38,673 nucleotides of DNA from Synechococcus sp. (GTDB lineage Bacteria; Cyanobacteriota; Cyanobacteriia; Thermostichales; PCC-7336): positions 1-38,673 of the forward strand of contig JBFRWN010000003.1 of the NCBI GenBank assembly GCA_051439605.1. Reading direction: 5' to 3'. The notes under the pieces were generated by a model. That model ran no database searches. It was not told the DNA's origin and saw only the letters and a program-made list of their open reading frames with translations. How positions within the stretch are numbered: position 1 is the stretch's first letter; the number at the start of each line of letters is the position of its first letter. Of this stretch, positions 37,704 through 38,673 are shown one piece after another. The translations under genes were made by a program, and so were the position numbers.

Positions 37704-37914
37704 TTAACTCTTGCTCTCCCTACCGTAAATGAAGTGTGCTTAGCCTAGCACTCGCCAGGAATGATGGAGGCTGGAAGGGAAGCGACTTGCAGGAGAATGT
37801 CTCGTGACAGACTGAGAGGATTCAATTTTAAAAAACAGCAAAAACAGCCGACTCCATTTATTTGTATTTGACTTGCTGCTATGGCTTCCGGATCGGTCAT
37901 TGGCTGGAACACAC

Positions 37915-38400
37915 TTAGGAACCGCGTAATCGATCTAACTCTGCTTTGAGGTCGTTGATTTCTTGGCGTAGCTGCTCTGAATACGTGGTGCTTGCATCAC
38001 TGGTATTTTCGCTGCCGGTGCCTATCTTGCTGGAAGTTGCGCCCGATCGCGAGTGTTCGGTCTGTCGGGGTGGGGTGGACAGTTCGGAACTGCCACTGGG
38101 GGAAATCTCGGAATCATCGTCATCGATCTGAATGTTGCGGGGGGCGTCCTCCTCGACCGATTCCACATTGATGGTGGAGCCCTCTAGGTCGCCTTGCTCC
38201 ATTTGGCGTTTGACAAAGTTATCGACAAATTCACGGGCGTCTTGGGCAGTCATTTCCCCCCGTTCCACGAGTTCGTCTGCTAGCTTCTGAGCCTGCTTGC
38301 GGAGATCGGCGATCTCGGTGCTAGCGCGATCGGCGGCCACAGAGGCCAACCCTACTCCCAAATAAAAGGCCTTCTGAACCAATTTCCCCAATTTCGCCAT
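37915..38400 (-). CDS. phasin-family-like conserved cyanobacterial protein
   Basis: From ATG 38400: LVQKAFYLGVGLAS, LADELVERGEMT, PRNIQI, an acidic linker and a C-terminal coiled coil. Confidence 0.8.
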   Translation of the reverse strand: MAKLGKLVQKAFYLGVGLASVAADRASTEIADLRKQAQKLADELVERGEMTAQDAREFVDNFVKRQMEQGDLEGSTINVESVEEDAPRNIQIDDDDSEISPSGSSELSTPPRQTEHSRSGATSSKIGTGSENTSDASTTYSEQLRQEINDLKAELDRLRGS

Positions 38401-38450
38401 GGTGTGACACCCCAGTTGCAGCAACACCAATTTAACAACTGCATATCTGC

Positions 38451-38547
38451 CTATAGCGACCGTCAAGTCCCGTAGGACATCTTAGTTATCCCACTCCATG
38501 ACTGGGCATAGAGACTTACGTCCTGACTCAAATGTCAACGACTATAG
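38451..38547. mobile_element. 97-bp CTATAG-bounded miniature repeat element, copy 2
   Basis: Same architecture as 17891-17985: CTATAGCG...GACAT...GACTG.GC.TAGA...TACGTCCT.ACT.AAATGTCAA..ACTATAG. Confidence 0.7.
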
Positions 38548-38599
38548 CTGCCAGTGCGAGCTGCGATCGCTCGAGCTTTGTTTGGGAAAACTGAGCTGA

Positions 38600-38615
38600 T
38601 GTGAACGTCCTCACA
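38600..38615. promoter_or_regulatory. perfect CRP-family binding box
   Basis: TGTGA-ACGTCC-TCACA. Confidence 0.6.
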
Positions 38616-38651
38616 CAAGTGGCTCCTGAAATCAATTGCAGGAGCCACTTG
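38616..38651. terminator. 13-bp perfect hairpin
   Basis: CAAGTGGCTCCTG-(10 nt)-CAGGAGCCACTTG. No strong U-tract; the associated gene probably lies beyond the window. Confidence 0.55.
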
Positions 38652-38673
38652 CCGGCATTATCTGCGCGTCAAA

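Noticed and set aside
1..38673. CRISPR array, rRNA, tRNA, prophage, and the many short antisense or overlapping ORFs in the track
   Set aside because: No regularly spaced repeats, cloverleafs or phage genes seen. The recurrent GCGATCGC is the known HIP1 octamer, and the short ORFs shadow well-supported genes.

Overview
Cyanobacterial chromosomal window. The GCGATCGC (HIP1) octamer is very frequent, and psbP, GUN4, DUF1830 and an NtcA-type promoter are present. Most of it is ordinary: housekeeping genes (mutS, proB, yidD, radC, psbP, hpnP, relA/spoT, tmk, holB, trmFO), a PadR-controlled RND efflux locus with an FAD monooxygenase, and a rubrerythrin/flavin-reductase pair. The features the ORF track misses are the most interesting. 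(1) A ~1.1 kb segment (10106-11193) bounded by HIP1 sites looks like a fragment of an integron cassette array: an AlkB C-terminal half in frame behind the mutS stop, a degenerate attC, an AT-rich GAF gene, a second attC-like site and a cassette stub. (2) tmk appears to start at a non-canonical ATA behind a strong Shine-Dalgarno. (3) Two diverged copies of a ~96-bp CTATAG-bounded miniature element are present. (4) An IS1-interrupted HEPN/DUF86 toxin has a stop at its catalytic Arg codon. (5) A TIR-GUN4 gene is split by a 1-nt frameshift next to a VapBC-type pair. (6) There are a canonical NtcA class II promoter and a perfect CRP box. I see no rRNA, tRNA or CRISPR array and no clear intact novel multi-gene system. 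All family assignments are by motif recognition, not database search.
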